Shown here: piece by piece, positions 38,078 through 53,000 of the stretch
Layout: every line of letters starts with the position of its first letter
Position numbering within the stretch: position 1 is the stretch's first letter
Origin: Pocillopora damicornis
Taxonomy: Eukaryota
NCBI RefSeq assembly: GCF_003704095.1
Contig: NW_020843645.1
Coordinates: 62,001 to 126,000, forward strand
Reading direction: 5' to 3'
DNA length: 64,000 bases
The notes under the pieces: generated by a model
The model's database searches: none
What the model was told of the DNA's origin: nothing
What the model saw: only the letters and a program-made list of their open reading frames with translations
Made by a program: the position numbers and the translations under genes

Positions 38078-41000
38078 ATGGAAAACGGGTTTCCGTCGCG
38101 GTTCGACCTTCAAGAACAAATCGGAAAGTTAGTATTCTTGCTGATATCTGAAAGGTCGTTCGAGAACCAAATGTAACAGGCAGTTGCAATTGCGAATCAC
38201 CAATGTTTGCGTGTTTGCCTAATCTTGGTTTTATGACTTCTTATCTTCTTGTATTACCTTGTCGATATCTTAAAAATGTGTAGTTTGTATTACCGTCGAA
38301 TGTTGTGAAGTGTAAAGCGTACCTATTAATTTGTTTGCAGAGGTACTTTCAGTGTTATTCGAAGATGTTTCGACAAAAGAAGCGATCGAGTGTGTGCGGT
38401 GAAAATTGTAGATATTGCAAAAATGTCCTCCTCGAGTGGTCTGACAGAAGAAGGTAATATGCCGCTATCTTGCTGATTTTATGCATAATATTCAGGTGCA
38501 AGAGGATTTTGGTTGTTATCCGGTTTGCTAATGTTTAAATCTAATGTAATGAAAGCATCTTGATATTGCATGTGCTTAAAGTTTGAAGAACACCGAACTG
38601 AACGTGAATTTAACGTTCGATTTTTTATTGACTTCTTGCCGATGCAATACTTAAGGTTCGATTGCCTTAAATCTGCTCTTCTAATATGTGTTTTTCCATA
38701 TAGACCTCTAAATGAAAGCAATAAAAATGTTCCTTAGGCAAACGAACGAAGACTACATGCACGTCAGGGTGAATTGAAATATTTTTCCTCGCGCTATTTA
38801 TCAGATACTGGGAACAGTTAACGATGCGAGAAATGTCCTCTTATGTTATTAGATATCCAGTGAAGGGGTTGTTAATTCTGGACACGCGGTTTGTATTTCT
38901 CAAACCTTCTTTCTGGTGGTTTCGCATCTTTCTGTTTCAGGGTGGTTGAGCCTTCTAGTGCCCACAAGGCGTTCTCTTTACGCGTTAAAAATTTTCATCA
39001 GAAAGTAACCTATCCATTCTACGTTGAAAAGATATTTAAACTTTTTTTTTAATTCACCGTTCGCAGATTTACAGAGGGAGGCCCGTATCTGCCAGAAATT
39101 GCGGCATCCTCATATAGGTACAGTATAAACGGATATGAATAAGGAAAACTTCTGTCATGTAAATTTTCCGCTCGTTTGGCGACATGCTTTTTAGGTGTCC
39201 GCTGTTGTTGTTTGGGCATTATACCATTTAAACAAGTATCAATTACTCGTGGAGTTTTCCTGCTGTAGATACAATGTATATTCCACCGCTGATTTGATTG
39301 AAGTCGTAATCCGTGGGATCTAATTTTATTTCTTATTTCACAATTCGTTTAGATTTAGTTAAAATATTCAATTTGAATCCTATGAGTGAAGTGAGACTCA
39401 AGAGTTTGCTTTTCTGAAGAACAAAAAAAAATAATAAGAAATACAGACATTTCTAAATGGATTAAGTCTTTCCATCTATAGTTTAAAAGTTTTGATTGGT
39501 CTTTTGGAAAAGCACTAAAATTTCAAATTTAAAATGAGATTTTCTTTTTCCAAGTAAAGAATGCATTTATTTCATTTTTTCCTCCAAGTAAATAAATAAG
39601 ACTTGTGCATTAGATGTCAGCTGGTCCCCGTGATTGTCAGAATTTAATTTTGGTACAGGTACATGCAAATCTTGTAGAATATTGAATTTGCATTTAAGTG
39701 GCCATTGAACTAATAGAATGGTAAACAGCAAAATTAATGGTCAGATACAGATGATAAAAGAGTGTTTGGTTGCTGAACTCATAGTGACAAAAAATTTTAT
39801 GGGAAATAAATGCACATACTGTTGGGTAGAAAATGCACATGGAAGATTTTAAAACTCTGGTATCGACATCATCAAGTCGATTCAATGCAGATTACTAGAT
39901 TCGCAAAGGTTGTAGTGCCACAGTACTGAGGATCACAGCTCTGTGGAATAATAAAAATACATTCCATGTGAAATTCTTTAAGATAGAGCATGATTTTCTG
40001 ACTTCAGAATATTTTTAAGTGCTAAATGAATGAAAATATTAACCCTTTAACTCCCAGAAGTGATTAACATAAAACTTCTCCCTACAACATCCATACATTC
40101 TTCAGCAAACAGTTAATGAGAATATTCAAACTTATCAGGTAGAAGCTGCTATCTTGATCTTGCATTAAGTTCTCATAACCAATTTACACAGAAATGTGTA
40201 GCAGCTACAGGAGAGAATTAACAATTAGATCTTGGGAGTTAAAGGGTTAAATGAACCATAAAAATACAATGGCTGTGTCATCACTTTGTAAATCATAACG
40301 ATGAAGAACTGTTTTTAGTGTAGATTGATGTCATCAGCTTACTTCTTTCATGCGAACAGCTCTGACCATTTATATCGTGATGGACATATAAATGTCTTCA
40401 TGTAGTTTAGTATCTACTCTATTCCTCTTCATATTGTTATTATCATTACTATTAGTGTCTCATTATTTTGATTACCATTTTATAAGTATTGTTTAAATTC
40501 GATAATGATATATATCAAATATTTAATTTTTGAAATTTTTTTTATTTAAAAGTCAGAATGATAAAGGAACAAAAACGTGATACATACTGTGTTCTTGCAG
40601 ATTGAATTCAAATATTCCCTTTTTCTGGGGTATAATGCATGTTTATACAATACAGGGTTTCTGCAATGAGTAGGAAAAACATTATATTTGTGAACATGTT
40701 ATAATACCCATACTATTTTGCTTCATTTTTATTTTTTTTCCTTTGGACATTTTAAAATTCTATCATTTATTGAAAAATTACTTCATATGATGTCTTTTCA
40801 TGATGACAACATTTTGGTAGACTTTCATGGCTGTGCTCTAAGAAAAATTATAGGGAGCCCAGTGCTTAAAGCCCAATGCAAAACCAAAGGTGCCCAGCAT
40901 ATGCTTTACATGTACACGGGAAAAGAAAGAAAGATTCCTTAGAGCAAAAGTAAGGCACTAGGGACCTCTGGGTACTGCTAGAGTACAGCTGTGCACTTTT

Positions 41001-44000
41001 AAGGGGAAAATGTTTTTATTTCATATAGTTGTTCTACAGTATTGAGAAATGTTGCAATGTTCTATAATATTGAGAGCTGCAACTGTATTTTGACTTTGTA
41101 TTTTTATTTCTGCAGTTGAAATCATAGGAGCATACTCTGTGAGTGGATATATATACATGGTTTTTGAATAGTGAGTATTGTTAAAGCCACATACAGAAAT
41201 TAATTGCAACCACAGTATGTAGTCATGCTGCTTCTCACTAGTTGATGTAACTTTTTATGTACTTAGATGTTGGCAAATAGTAATTTCCCTTTTTTTGTTT
41301 GAGTCAAAATGCTGGGAAACACTTCTTGAGTTGAGATGAAGTGAGACTGAAATTCTATAACATTCAAGAGGCTGAATTAGATATAATTATATGTCCAGAT
41401 ATTTGAATTACATAATAAAAACAAATTGTTCAGGGCTGTTTCTTATCTTTAAGCGTCATGTGTGTTTGTGTAGAAAGCAAAATATCAAACATGCTTATTT
41501 TAATTACAGCATTTTATATCATTTTTCATTTTTTGAATGCAGTGTTTTACATTTAATTTTGCAGTTTGGATGGTGCTGATTTGTGTTTTGAAATAGTGAA
41601 TCGTGTGCATGCGGGTTTTGTTTACAGTGAAGCCGTAGCAAGGTGAGAAGATAAATTCATCTTGATAATAGAAGTTGGTGATAATGATGATGAGGATGGT
41701 AATAATGATGATGCCAATAGTGACAAAGATGATCAATGGTAATAATAATGATGATGATAACTATATGAATTTTATTATGGAAATTGGAAATTATTGAATC
41801 TCACTCCATGTTGCAAATTTATTCAAGAAAAAAGTATTCCATGGAGTATGGAAGTGAAGGCAGTGCAACAAGGTTGGCAAGGGTGGGGGGCTTGTAATCT
41901 GGCTCCAGTTGTTCGAAGGGTGGATAACACTATCCACTAAATAAATCTCTATCTTGTGGATTGCACAGTATGTTTTATTACAATTATCTGCTGGATAGTG
42001 ACATATCCTTTGGAAAGTGCACCACCATTGGAACAACCAGGCCCAGGTGGTACCAGGTTCAAGCCCTTCACAACTGAATGGACTTGTTCTAGTCTGTCTT
42101 CACTTCAACCCCTTGGCTGCACTTCTTACATGTACAGTACATAGCCAAATGGTCTGCTTCCTGCTGATTAGGATTTTTAAACACCATGTTAACTTAAAAT
42201 GTTTGTTTCCAATTTGTTTTTATTGGCTCTAAAAAGTCCCTTTGGGAGAGTGGTCAATGAAGTATGCATTGCTTTACATTTGGAGTAAGTGCTATCTATA
42301 ATTTTGAATCAACAGTCACTATCTCAGACAAGTTTTGGAGGCAGTGTCATTTTGTCATGAAAATGAAATCATACATCGAGATCTTAAGGTAAGATATGGA
42401 TTAACTTGCTGATTATTTGAGAGTGTATTCTGACTCTTGATTGTTATTACAGTAAAACTCCAACAAGTATGGTGACCATAGGGGCATGTGCAAAACCATC
42501 ACACAGATCTTACAGCCTGTGGCCCGTTACACATCAACATTAGTTTGCATATAACCAATAACTGCTATAACGTTTATGAACTAAACAACAGACAAGGTAG
42601 TTTACAAGATCCATTGCCCTGACTGACAACCCTCTCATCCTATTTTTGAGGGACTGATGAGAACCTCTGTACAAGTCTCACTAAACACCACAAAGGGACA
42701 ACCATCTCAACTTCATCAACATTTTCATCCCTGGGAATGACCCAAGATAAATACATGTTTTTCTGTACAATATAAATTCATTTTCAAGCTGACTGGGATG
42801 AGACAAAAAAAATACCAATAAATGGATATTTTGGATTCAATACCACATTCCTAGAGTTAAAAATGAGGAAAACTGATTTTTAGATCCTGTAAGAGACTAG
42901 GTTAGTAGAGCTTTACAGGACTATTATAATGTAGAAAATCAAATGGAAAATCTTGCAGAAACTCACCAGATTTTACCCACATACTAAATATAAGTGTATC
43001 TTAACTATGATAAAAGTATCACTTGTCTGGATTTTGACTGAATGTCACAATATTTTTATTCCTGGCAGCCTCACAACATTCTGTTGGCAAGTAAAGAGAA
43101 TTCAGCACCAATCAAGATTGCTGACTTTGGGGTGGCTGTAGAAATTGGAGAAGAAGGCTATGTCACAAGTGGTGAGAGAAAATATCATGGCATTTTACTT
43201 TTATCATTTGAAACCCTTATCAAAAGATTACTGATGAATGTGATAACTTGCTTTGAAAAATTTGTGTTACTGCCACATTTAGTTATAGTACACAATCAAC
43301 TTATTGTCAGTGGCATAGTAAAATTTACTCATATTCTCATAGAGAAGTAAATTTGTTGTGTGGGGTTTATAAATGGTTGATTTCCCCAACTTCTCTTTTC
43401 CCTTCCTCTAAGTATGAAATTGAAACCATGTCAACTCTATAAATGGAGATCTCTATCACTTTGGAAATCTTTAAGTGACAAACCCATGAAGGTTAGCCCT
43501 GTCAATTTTATTCTACAGTTGTATTTTACAGCCCAACTCCCCTCCTATGCCCCNNNNNNNNNNNNNNNAAAAAAAAAGGGGACTGTGGACCAGACATTGT
43601 CTTTCCTGGACAGTGTTTGTGTCCACCAACAGTGTTAAAGTTATAACTCAGTATGATTGTCTCCCTAAACCTGTTCACTGTTTCCATAGTGGGAGTGATA
43701 ACTGGTTTATTTGTTTCTTTTTCCTGGTTTGATTCAATAAAGGACGCATAGGCACCCCACATTTTATGTCTCCAGAGGTGATAAACAGGGAACAGTATGG
43801 TAAACCAGTAGACATTTGGGGATGTGGTAAGTAGATGTAATACTCATTTTTAAGTATTTTGGAAGAAATGATATTGAAAAATAAATTGCTACAATGGTGA
43901 TACAGTATTTCTTCTACTTAGTGGTAATGGTAATAAGTCAAAATTCTGAAGCAGCATCAAAAAAATTATGTAATTGGGTCAGTTGAGCAAGAAATCATTG

Positions 44001-47000
44001 TTAGCACTTTTAAGTGCAAATATCTGTGTCATTTTTGTACTGAGCATTTCAGTTCACTTTTGTAATCATTGTCCCAGCCTTTTTTACCAAGAACAATTCT
44101 TCCATGATAAGAGTAAATCTTTAAATTTTTGCCTAGTAGAATACCCTTATTACTAAGTAAATATACTTACAATTATAGTAAATCTTTATGTGACTTTGGA
44201 AACCTTTAAATGGAATAATCCTCATTAGTCAGCCCTTCTTTGTTGCAACATTTATCCAGGATCTCCTCTTGCTTTGATGCACTTTCAGTGTCAATTTTGA
44301 TATGGCTCTAGAGTCAGCTTTCAGTCTCTTCTTAACCTAAATGTATTAGAAACTTAGATTATCAGTTTATGTGATAAATCTATCAAGAGTAACTTAGACA
44401 GCCATGTTACTGTACCTTTTGAGAACATGGGAATTGTATGGTTCATGATGCTTTCAGTCACTATTAAAGATAACATCCATCTAGATTTTAGAAAGAAACA
44501 ATTGGATTACAATTCTCTAAATGAAAATGCAGAAACATTACCTTTGCAACTCTATTAAACAGCATTGTTTCTCTGGGAGTTCAGCTGCATGATTGATGGC
44601 AGCATTAAAAGCATTATGTGTTAAAGCCTGTACAACTCCATTCAGTCTTGTTTCATGTTAATTAATGAAGAATACAGTAATCCACAGTTTTGCAACATAA
44701 ATGAAAATTTTAAAACAGTGGATTATCCCTTAAAAGAACAGTAAGTTGTACCTTGTTAGAACAAACTTTTGAAATTAAATACCTTCTAATGTATGACTGC
44801 CTCTCATTCCTGTGTTAGGTGTTGTACTCTTTATTCTTCTGAGTGGATCATACCCCTTCCAAGGAACTGGAGAAAAAGTATACGAGTCCATCAAGAAGGG
44901 CATACCCATGGTATGTTAATAATAAAAGATGTGTCAAAATTAAGGCCTATTTTTACTTCCTGTTGTTGGACAAAAAGCTGACTAGCAATAATTCATTGAA
45001 CAAGAAGAACTGAATTTCATTGACTCCACTAGGGGAAGTATAGGTGCTAATTTATGGGATGAATTTGATTCAAGTTATGTTTTAAACATTTGTATGGTGA
45101 AAGTTGTGTCTGGGCATCTTGTAGATGAGACCAAAAATTTGGGACAGCATATCTGATGAGGCAAAAGATTTAGTTAAGAAGATGTTAGCCCTGGATCAGA
45201 ATGATAGACTGACAGCAAGGGAAGCACTGCAACATCCTTGGCTTAATGTATGTACTAACTCTAAGGTTTACCATTGCAAGTTGACAAGTTGTTTCTATAT
45301 AACAGCACACTTCATGAAATTTGAGTCTGTCTCTTTTCATTGCCAATGAAATATTGGAATTGCACCAAAGCAGTTCTAACTATATTTTTAAAACACAAGT
45401 ATACAAGGGGTGGCACAGCTGATGGAGATTTTCATCTAAAGAAAAGCTAGTGGATGTAAAAATTTGCAATTCTCAAATAGCATGTGAAGGTACTCGCTGA
45501 ATGATGAGGGTAATTATTTTGGAATTTTACAGTAACTTTTAAGGGGTTAGAACTGTACATTGTACATTCACACCCAAGTGTTTAGCACGAAAAGTGTGTT
45601 GTCCTTTGTATTACTTTGCAGCCAGTGGTTAGTTAGAAGCCATTCTCTAAGAAGATTAAGTCCCAAATTATTCAATCCTTTAATGATAACACCCTTGTAA
45701 ATATACGAAAACTTGAAAACAACCACAACTAGGGTTAAGTGTTTTGTATTATTGAACAGTGATTTATATATTTTTTTTCTTCTCTAGAATCGCAATGTAC
45801 CACAGAGAATTCACCTTCAGGATTCAGTAGATGAAATGAAAAAGTTTAATGCAAGAAGAAAGTTAAAGGTGATAAGAATACAGTCATTTTGTACAAGTAA
45901 TTTATGTATACAAATTTACTGCTGTGGGAAAGATAATTCCACTCCTCCAGTAGACCAAATAACTCACTCAACCAACAGGGTTAATCCGTGTATCATGCTG
46001 TCTTGAAGCGGAAAAGGTATCCAGCTCATTCTTTTGTTCTTAAACTGTTAAGAGCTTTTCCAGCTCATAACAATTTCAAACGAGGCTATCAAACGAATGC
46101 GACTTAATGTCACGCAAGATTTTGTCACGTTATCAAAATTCTTCTGGACACTACTTTGTTTAGCCTTTGAGTCCTCTAGGTTTCAAAATTTGGAATAAAG
46201 AAAACAGAAGCCTATAAACAACTGCTGGTTTAACATACTTAGTCAACAAGCAAACGACCAACAGGAAGTGTGCTTATAACGACTCTAACGTCACACTATG
46301 ATTCAAAGAATTTAAAGTGCATCTGCCTTGAACCGTGATAGGAAGTTTATGCAAGAAGATGACATTTACTGTTTTAGAATAGCTCTTTTCATTTCTGAGG
46401 GATATGTAGGTTTTTATTAAGTAAAGAAGTAAAGTGATGACGCCATAGACTCCATCAAATTTTTTGCAAACATTAAGGGAGTAAAAGCTCAGGCAACTCT
46501 TATCAGAAATGCGTGATTTTAAGTTATACACAAATGTAAGACTAGTGATGTGGATGTGTTCCACAGCAGTATGAGCTTGACATTCCCAGGTCAGGATCAG
46601 TAATGGACTGCTCGGAACATTTGTTGAAGCGTAAATGAAATAATTAATCAGCAATTTTTTGGTATATTTTATATAATATTTATGTCAGTTTCCACCGGTT
46701 GTCTGCATGTTAAAAACAGGCAAATTGTAGAGTTAGAGGAAATTAATCAGTGTGTCTCTCTCTTATAGGGAGCCATCTTAGCTGCTGTTGCCAGCAGAAA
46801 GTTTCCAGGTAAGATGCCCTTATTGACTGAGCCGTGTTTTTTAAGTTCTAGCTATGATAAGCTGCCTAAAAGTGTTGTGCCCTTTTTCTTTAACATATCT
46901 GTTATTTTTTTCTTCATCTCTTAGTGGCAAACGGAGACGTCATCGGATCTCAGGTATTGAAATTTCTCCTTTCACCTCAATATATAGTTTCAGTAGATTG

Positions 47001-50000
47001 TTGTGATTTGTGCAGAAAGAAAGAAAAACAGTGGTAGATACCATTGATATGATTGCACAGCAGCGATCTCGTCGTTGTGACTGTTGTGGTTTAGAGATCG
47101 TATCTCGTACAAAGTTACTTAAGAATTCATAGGATGAATGAAGTATTCATATCATCGCATGATGAACCTTTAATTTTTTACAGGATGATGTTTTTGATTA
47201 CGAAGACGATGATCTGTCTGCATCAGGTGTGACTCGCTACATTTTCCTTTTTTTCCCCTTTCGTTCTGTTAACTCTCAGCCATCCATATGAATTCCCAAC
47301 ATCGAAATACATGTATGCTATCGATCGAACTTCCCGATAAATTAGTCCATTTTTGTGTTCATTTACGAGAAGTAACTATCTTCCTCTCTTAGGAGGCTAT
47401 TTGTAAATGTGTGTGCGCCATTTATGCGTGAAAATTATGTGCAAAAAGGATGTGTGATGCAATAACGGAATAACTTTTGATCGAATTTGTTTTCAATCGA
47501 CTCATCTCTGTCACACCTCTCTCCATCCGTAGGGGCTATCGGTCAGCTTCTTGACTCATTAGAAGAGATTCAAGTTCTCGCCGGAGCAAGCGAAGATGAT
47601 GTGAACTTTTTACAGAACCTCTTTGAACATCAGACGTTGCAAGCCTTACTAGAGGTGAGAATGCAATTTGTGAAGTCACTCTAACCCAACTTCATTCTAC
47701 ACTCGTGTTCCAAGAGTGCTCGGCACAAAGGGTGTAACAAGGCTGAAATGAAATACCAGTTACTGCCCGTGTGCTCTGTTAAGATCGGTAAACTATTAAA
47801 TAAATAATGGGAAGAACCCGTAAAGAAACGGTTGAAGATACTGCAGCGAATTAGAAATCTCTCCCTTTTTTTCCTCTTGTCATTCGCCTTGATGCTCCTC
47901 CGGAGATTAGGTACGAGTAGCGTCTAACACTTCAGATACAAGTCGATTAGCATAGGGGAGTGTGCTCCTTTTATTTTTTGGTTAGCTATGCGCGCTTGAC
48001 ATTCTGAAACCTCTCAGACGAACGAGGCCACGTTGAGATCAGTTCTTTAATCGCTCCCTTACTTGGTATCAAAGTGTTTTTAATTTAGTGCTGTTTATTA
48101 TCAATCAAAAACCAATAACACTTAATTTTTTCTCCACAATCTTCCAATCTGGAAGTGTGTGCTTTCAGCATAATTTGAAAGCAAATTCTGATTGTAGCCG
48201 GTTCTCGCGCATCCATTTTCCCGCGCCATAGGGGTCTCAGCTGGAATAGAGACAAAATGTACGGGTATATACGATTTACATGTAGCGTTGTTCGCGCAAT
48301 TTTATGCAGATCCGTGACGCCAAATGGTTTGGAATTCGTTTGTGAGGTTTTAATTTTTTTTAATTAAAAGAAGAAATAAAACAATGAAAAAAAAAAACCG
48401 GAAAGCAAATTAATCAGAATAAATTCCTCGTACACTAAATGTCGTTATTTGTAATTTTATAAACTTGAAATTTATTTTCTTTTTGGTTTATAAAGAATTT
48501 TGATTATACGAGGTTGGCATAATCTTGACAAGTCATTTATAATCCATTAATTCTTTGCATTTCAAACAAGAAACAAAGCTTTTTTCAAAACCTCTGTGTA
48601 CAGATAAAATGTTAATTAGCTGTCCTATGAAGTTGGTGGTTCACGTTTTTCTATCAAATAAACAAATTAAATCAAATTGGTTTGCAGCATGTCCGTGTCA
48701 TATTCATGTGATAAAATATATAAGTGGGTCGACGAATTAATCATTAAATGCAGATTGAAAACATTTTCCTCAAAGCCGCCTCATATGCCACTTTGAATCC
48801 CAGTCGTATTCTGTGATTATTGTCAAAAGCGAAGATTTGGTTCTGAGTTCTCGTCGGAAGTAAATTTATCATTTTGTGTTTGCGAAATTTATCTTACAAA
48901 ATCTTAATGAAAATATAGTTTACTAGTTCGTAGATTAGTGGAAATTGTGGCTTTCGATATTCAAATGTTATCTTTTTTGGTTAATAATTGATTCCGTCCA
49001 AGCCCACAAACTGGACCTGACGCTGTCGATAGGAAAAAGAAAAAGATATCCATTATTTTCCCGGTCATGTTGCAGGTTTACGACAGAAGCCAGGAATGGA
49101 CGGATGAGAATCGTTCGTGTCCATCGACATGTTCTCCTAACGCGGTAGAAGACGCTAAAGAGGTGAGGAAAATCTGTCTCAAAATTACATTTGAAATTAT
49201 CGATCAAGCGCGCTTCACACTGCAAAATCTTCTTCAAATGTTTCCGCCTCATGAGATGCACTTTGTGTTCTGTACAAGTTTCGCTTGTGAAGTCGTTTTT
49301 GTTGAAGACCGGAGCTGCTTTATGTAACAAACCAGCAAAGAGGAAACCTTTTTAAATGGGAAAATTCATTATTATCGTGTTAACATCGTGGTGTCACTTT
49401 TTCAAGGTTTATTTCTGAACTGAGTATGTCTTCACTGTTTGTAATGTTGAACATTAAATTTTGCAAAACATGAATTGAAGCTTTTTGTATAGTGTTACCG
49501 CTTGTTCTCCGTATCTTTTAAGTCTGTCGTTAGCGAAAATGTTATAATATACGTTTTGGTCTCTGAACTGCTTCAGGTTAGTCTGTGTACTGTTTTTCTC
49601 AGATTTCTTGTCGGTCACTAGTGAGAATCTATCAAATCATCAACTAGTATTTACTTTGCCGGTTCTTAATAATTATTTGTTAGCCATTTTCGACTCAAGT
49701 GCGGCGGTTCCAGAATGTGTTATTCTTGTGAAAAGAGTGAAGATTTCAGTGGGGTTGAAGTACCTTCCTGAAATTTAAGGATTATGAGAAAAATGGCTCC
49801 TGAGCCTTTTAAATCGTTTCTCATTGTTAATATAATTACTGTATTTCTGGTCGTGTATTTTTTCCTTTTGGAAATTTTATTTAACTTACTTAATTAATTA
49901 GCTCATCCATTTAAAGGTACATAATCGCTGCTTCACAGAAAGCACTCAGTAGAAGAAAAGTCATATCTGCAAAGCTTTCAAGTCCCTCTTAAATGGGCGG

Positions 50001-53000
50001 AATTTTTTACTCTTTACTTTAAGCCTTTGTTTTCGTTTCCTTTCGGGTGCCCAAATAACTTAAACTGAATGGCTGAAAATCATAGTCGATTGTGTGGAAG
50101 CTAAAGGTAGCTCACTCATTGGCCATGGGGCATGCAAAGACTGCTAGAAAGACGTCAGAAATTGATACAAATTTGACAGTGATTGGGTTAATTAGTGATT
50201 TCACATACGTGGGTTTTTGTCCTTATTGACGTTTTCATTGATGTCACATTATGAACTGTTGCTGAAAGTACGGTAACATTGATGTGATGTCGAGGGTGAA
50301 TTGCGGGGTCTGGATTCGAGCCCTAGGCTGATCATAGTTGATGATAGGCATTGATTTCTCCCCCACGGGGTATAGACAAAATATTGTTGTAACTTCACAA
50401 TGTACCGTGTCACTTCCTGTTAAAACAACTGGGATAAGTTCCATTAGTTTGGCCCTCAAGGGATGTGTACATCCTTTGTTCGTTATCCGTACATCCTTCA
50501 AGTTACCCAATACTTGAGACCATTTCAAATTTTTTTTTTCCTTTTGACACCTTGCTCAATGTTACAGTGGTTTCTGCCCATGTTTATCGGATTTTAGCCT
50601 TTCACTACGAGTGGTGTCCAAAAAGTAATATCTCTAAACTACTCCGGCAATGTGGCAATGTCAATCCCTTTTCCAAGCGGACAAGTCATTCGAATTAAAA
50701 AAGTTAGCATTAAGGGGATATTATGGAATGGAATACAAATTATTCGGAACTCACACAATGAGAGATGTAGGGCAGAGCTCGAGTGTTGCCTTCGTCAAAG
50801 ACTACTTTTATCTCTCAACTGCGCCTGATACAGCAGGTCAGATCAAATTAAAGGGGGACGCTCCCTCTGTGCATCTAATATGATATACACAAGGAAAGAA
50901 TTTCCAACGTTTACATCAGGATTTCTCTGACGATTCCTATTTCCGTAAAAGACTCAAGCACGAAGACTAACAATCTTTACTTTAAAGTCGTCCATTTGTC
51001 TTGGGCCGATTATTTGAAATCTACAATAAATATGTACTCAAAATTACAATTTTCTAGGATAATAGAGCGTCCTTTGTTTTGTTTTTTGGTTTGCATCCAA
51101 ATGTTTCCTTTTCTATTGATCAAAAGACAATCGAAAGATTTCAGTGACAGTCAGGGATAATCTCTTAGTAAGCCGCCCAGTCATACATGAAATAACTTAG
51201 GTGTGGTCGTACAATTTTTCGCGTGCGATTTGATGCTGCCCGCGTCTTTTCGTCACGTGTATGGGAAAGAAGGTTTAGCTCATCCGGTGAATTTTCTTTT
51301 CGATCAAAGCCTCATTATTATATCTTAAATATTTTCCTTTTTTAGCTGTTACCTTTGCTTACTGTGTAATCAGCACGATTCTGTATCCTGCTCTGGTGAT
51401 ATTGCATGAGTAGGTTCTCTTTCATTTTTCGTCGTTCTTACATCGCCCGATGTATTCCCTTTTCCACAGGTTATTGACCTGGTCGAGTTCAGGGCCGAAG
51501 ACGACGACGACTGTTACGAGTTGCAAAACATCTTGTCAGACCCGCATGTGATGGTAAGCCATGAAATAAATGTAATATCTTAATGGAATCCACCGCATAT
51601 CAATTTCTATTTGACGCGTGATGTAAGTGTTTTCTTTTGTGATACTTAAAAGCGTTTGATATGCAAATTTACTTTTCAATCGAAGAGTATCTTGAAACAG
51701 TTTACGGAAGGAGAATGATAGCAAAAGAGGTTTTTTTTTCTCAATTAGCGAAACAGATGTGGGGATCGTTAAGTCAGTTTATTATTGAACAAGGGTCAAA
51801 AACGACATGCTCTGTATCTCTCGAAACTTCTGTCCTCTATGTCACGCATTAGCGGAAAGGTTTGATTGTGAAGAAATTGTTAAGTGTCGTATGTCACAAT
51901 GTGTAACTACGAGAGATGAGCCATTAATTTGCGATGTTGAAGGATAAATGCATGGAAAAGAATCCACGGTTTCATTTTATAGCTTAGTGTTTCAAAAATT
52001 TCTAAGAACCCCATATACTGACTGAATGCTGTTTTCATCTGGTTATCCCAAGAAGTCTCTGGGCATTCCTGGGTGGTTTTTACAATCGGTAAATTACTGT
52101 ATAATCGGATTATAAACTTAGCGGCTGTGTGAGATCAGATTATGTGATAACGTGATCCTTCCCCTTCAACTTTTTGCAGAAAGCAGTTTTTTCACTTTGG
52201 TCAGATGGTACCACGATCCAAATAATAACTTGTTAGTGATCATTAGTCCAAAACAACTGTGATTTGACGTCAGAAAAGTCCCTCTCTGCCCTCCCTGAAT
52301 TTGTTTCCATGTTTTGTTTTCATTACGTTTAAACTTAACATGGATTATGGAATTGAAGATACGACCTCTGGAACAATAGTGTTCCTCATTATGAAATTTA
52401 CTTTACCTTTCTCTAAAACGGCAGCTAAATAAGGGGCTCATTGTCCCAGTAACTTAAATGCACTTTTTATTTGGTAATCTTACCAATTTTCATCCAGCCA
52501 GTTGTTGTTTCAGCTGAAAAAGTATATTTGTGTGTCCTGGAGTTTATGATAAACCCGTAGTCATTTTAAAATTTGTAACTATGAACAAATTAAGTCATCG
52601 GCTGGACAATGCCAATTTGTTCTATGAAGACTATATTCTTCGTATCTGTGAGATTTATTATGATTTCTGTTGCAACTTTGAAGAAGTATCTTTTTTCTGA
52701 AATGATCTGAATTGTGTTGGTGAAACTTTTGTCACCCTCCAGGCGATGCTTCAGTCTCACGATGAAGTGTTGAAAATCTCAACGGGTGAGGAAGTAAACC
52801 AGTATCATGCTGATACCAGCACTGGATATAATGGCAGAATAGAGGAATCTATGAGCGAAAGACCGGAAAAACTCACCCGTGTTCGACTCGTTCAGTTTCA
52901 TAAAAATCTCAACGAACCCATGGTAAGGATGCAAGTGCACGCGTTGCGGCCTTATCGTTAACTGCTAGTTGATGGGTTAGAGAATATCCTTTGAGTACAA

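Noticed and set aside
51200-51469. Possible internal promoter for a kinase-less CASK isoform
   Set aside because: CpG-rich patch with splice-like sites, but no ATG exon in phase with exon 17; unsupported without RNA data.
39118-52742. Nested GPCR genes in CASK introns, as with vertebrate GPR34/GPR82
   Set aside because: The introns are short and contain no long antisense ORF.
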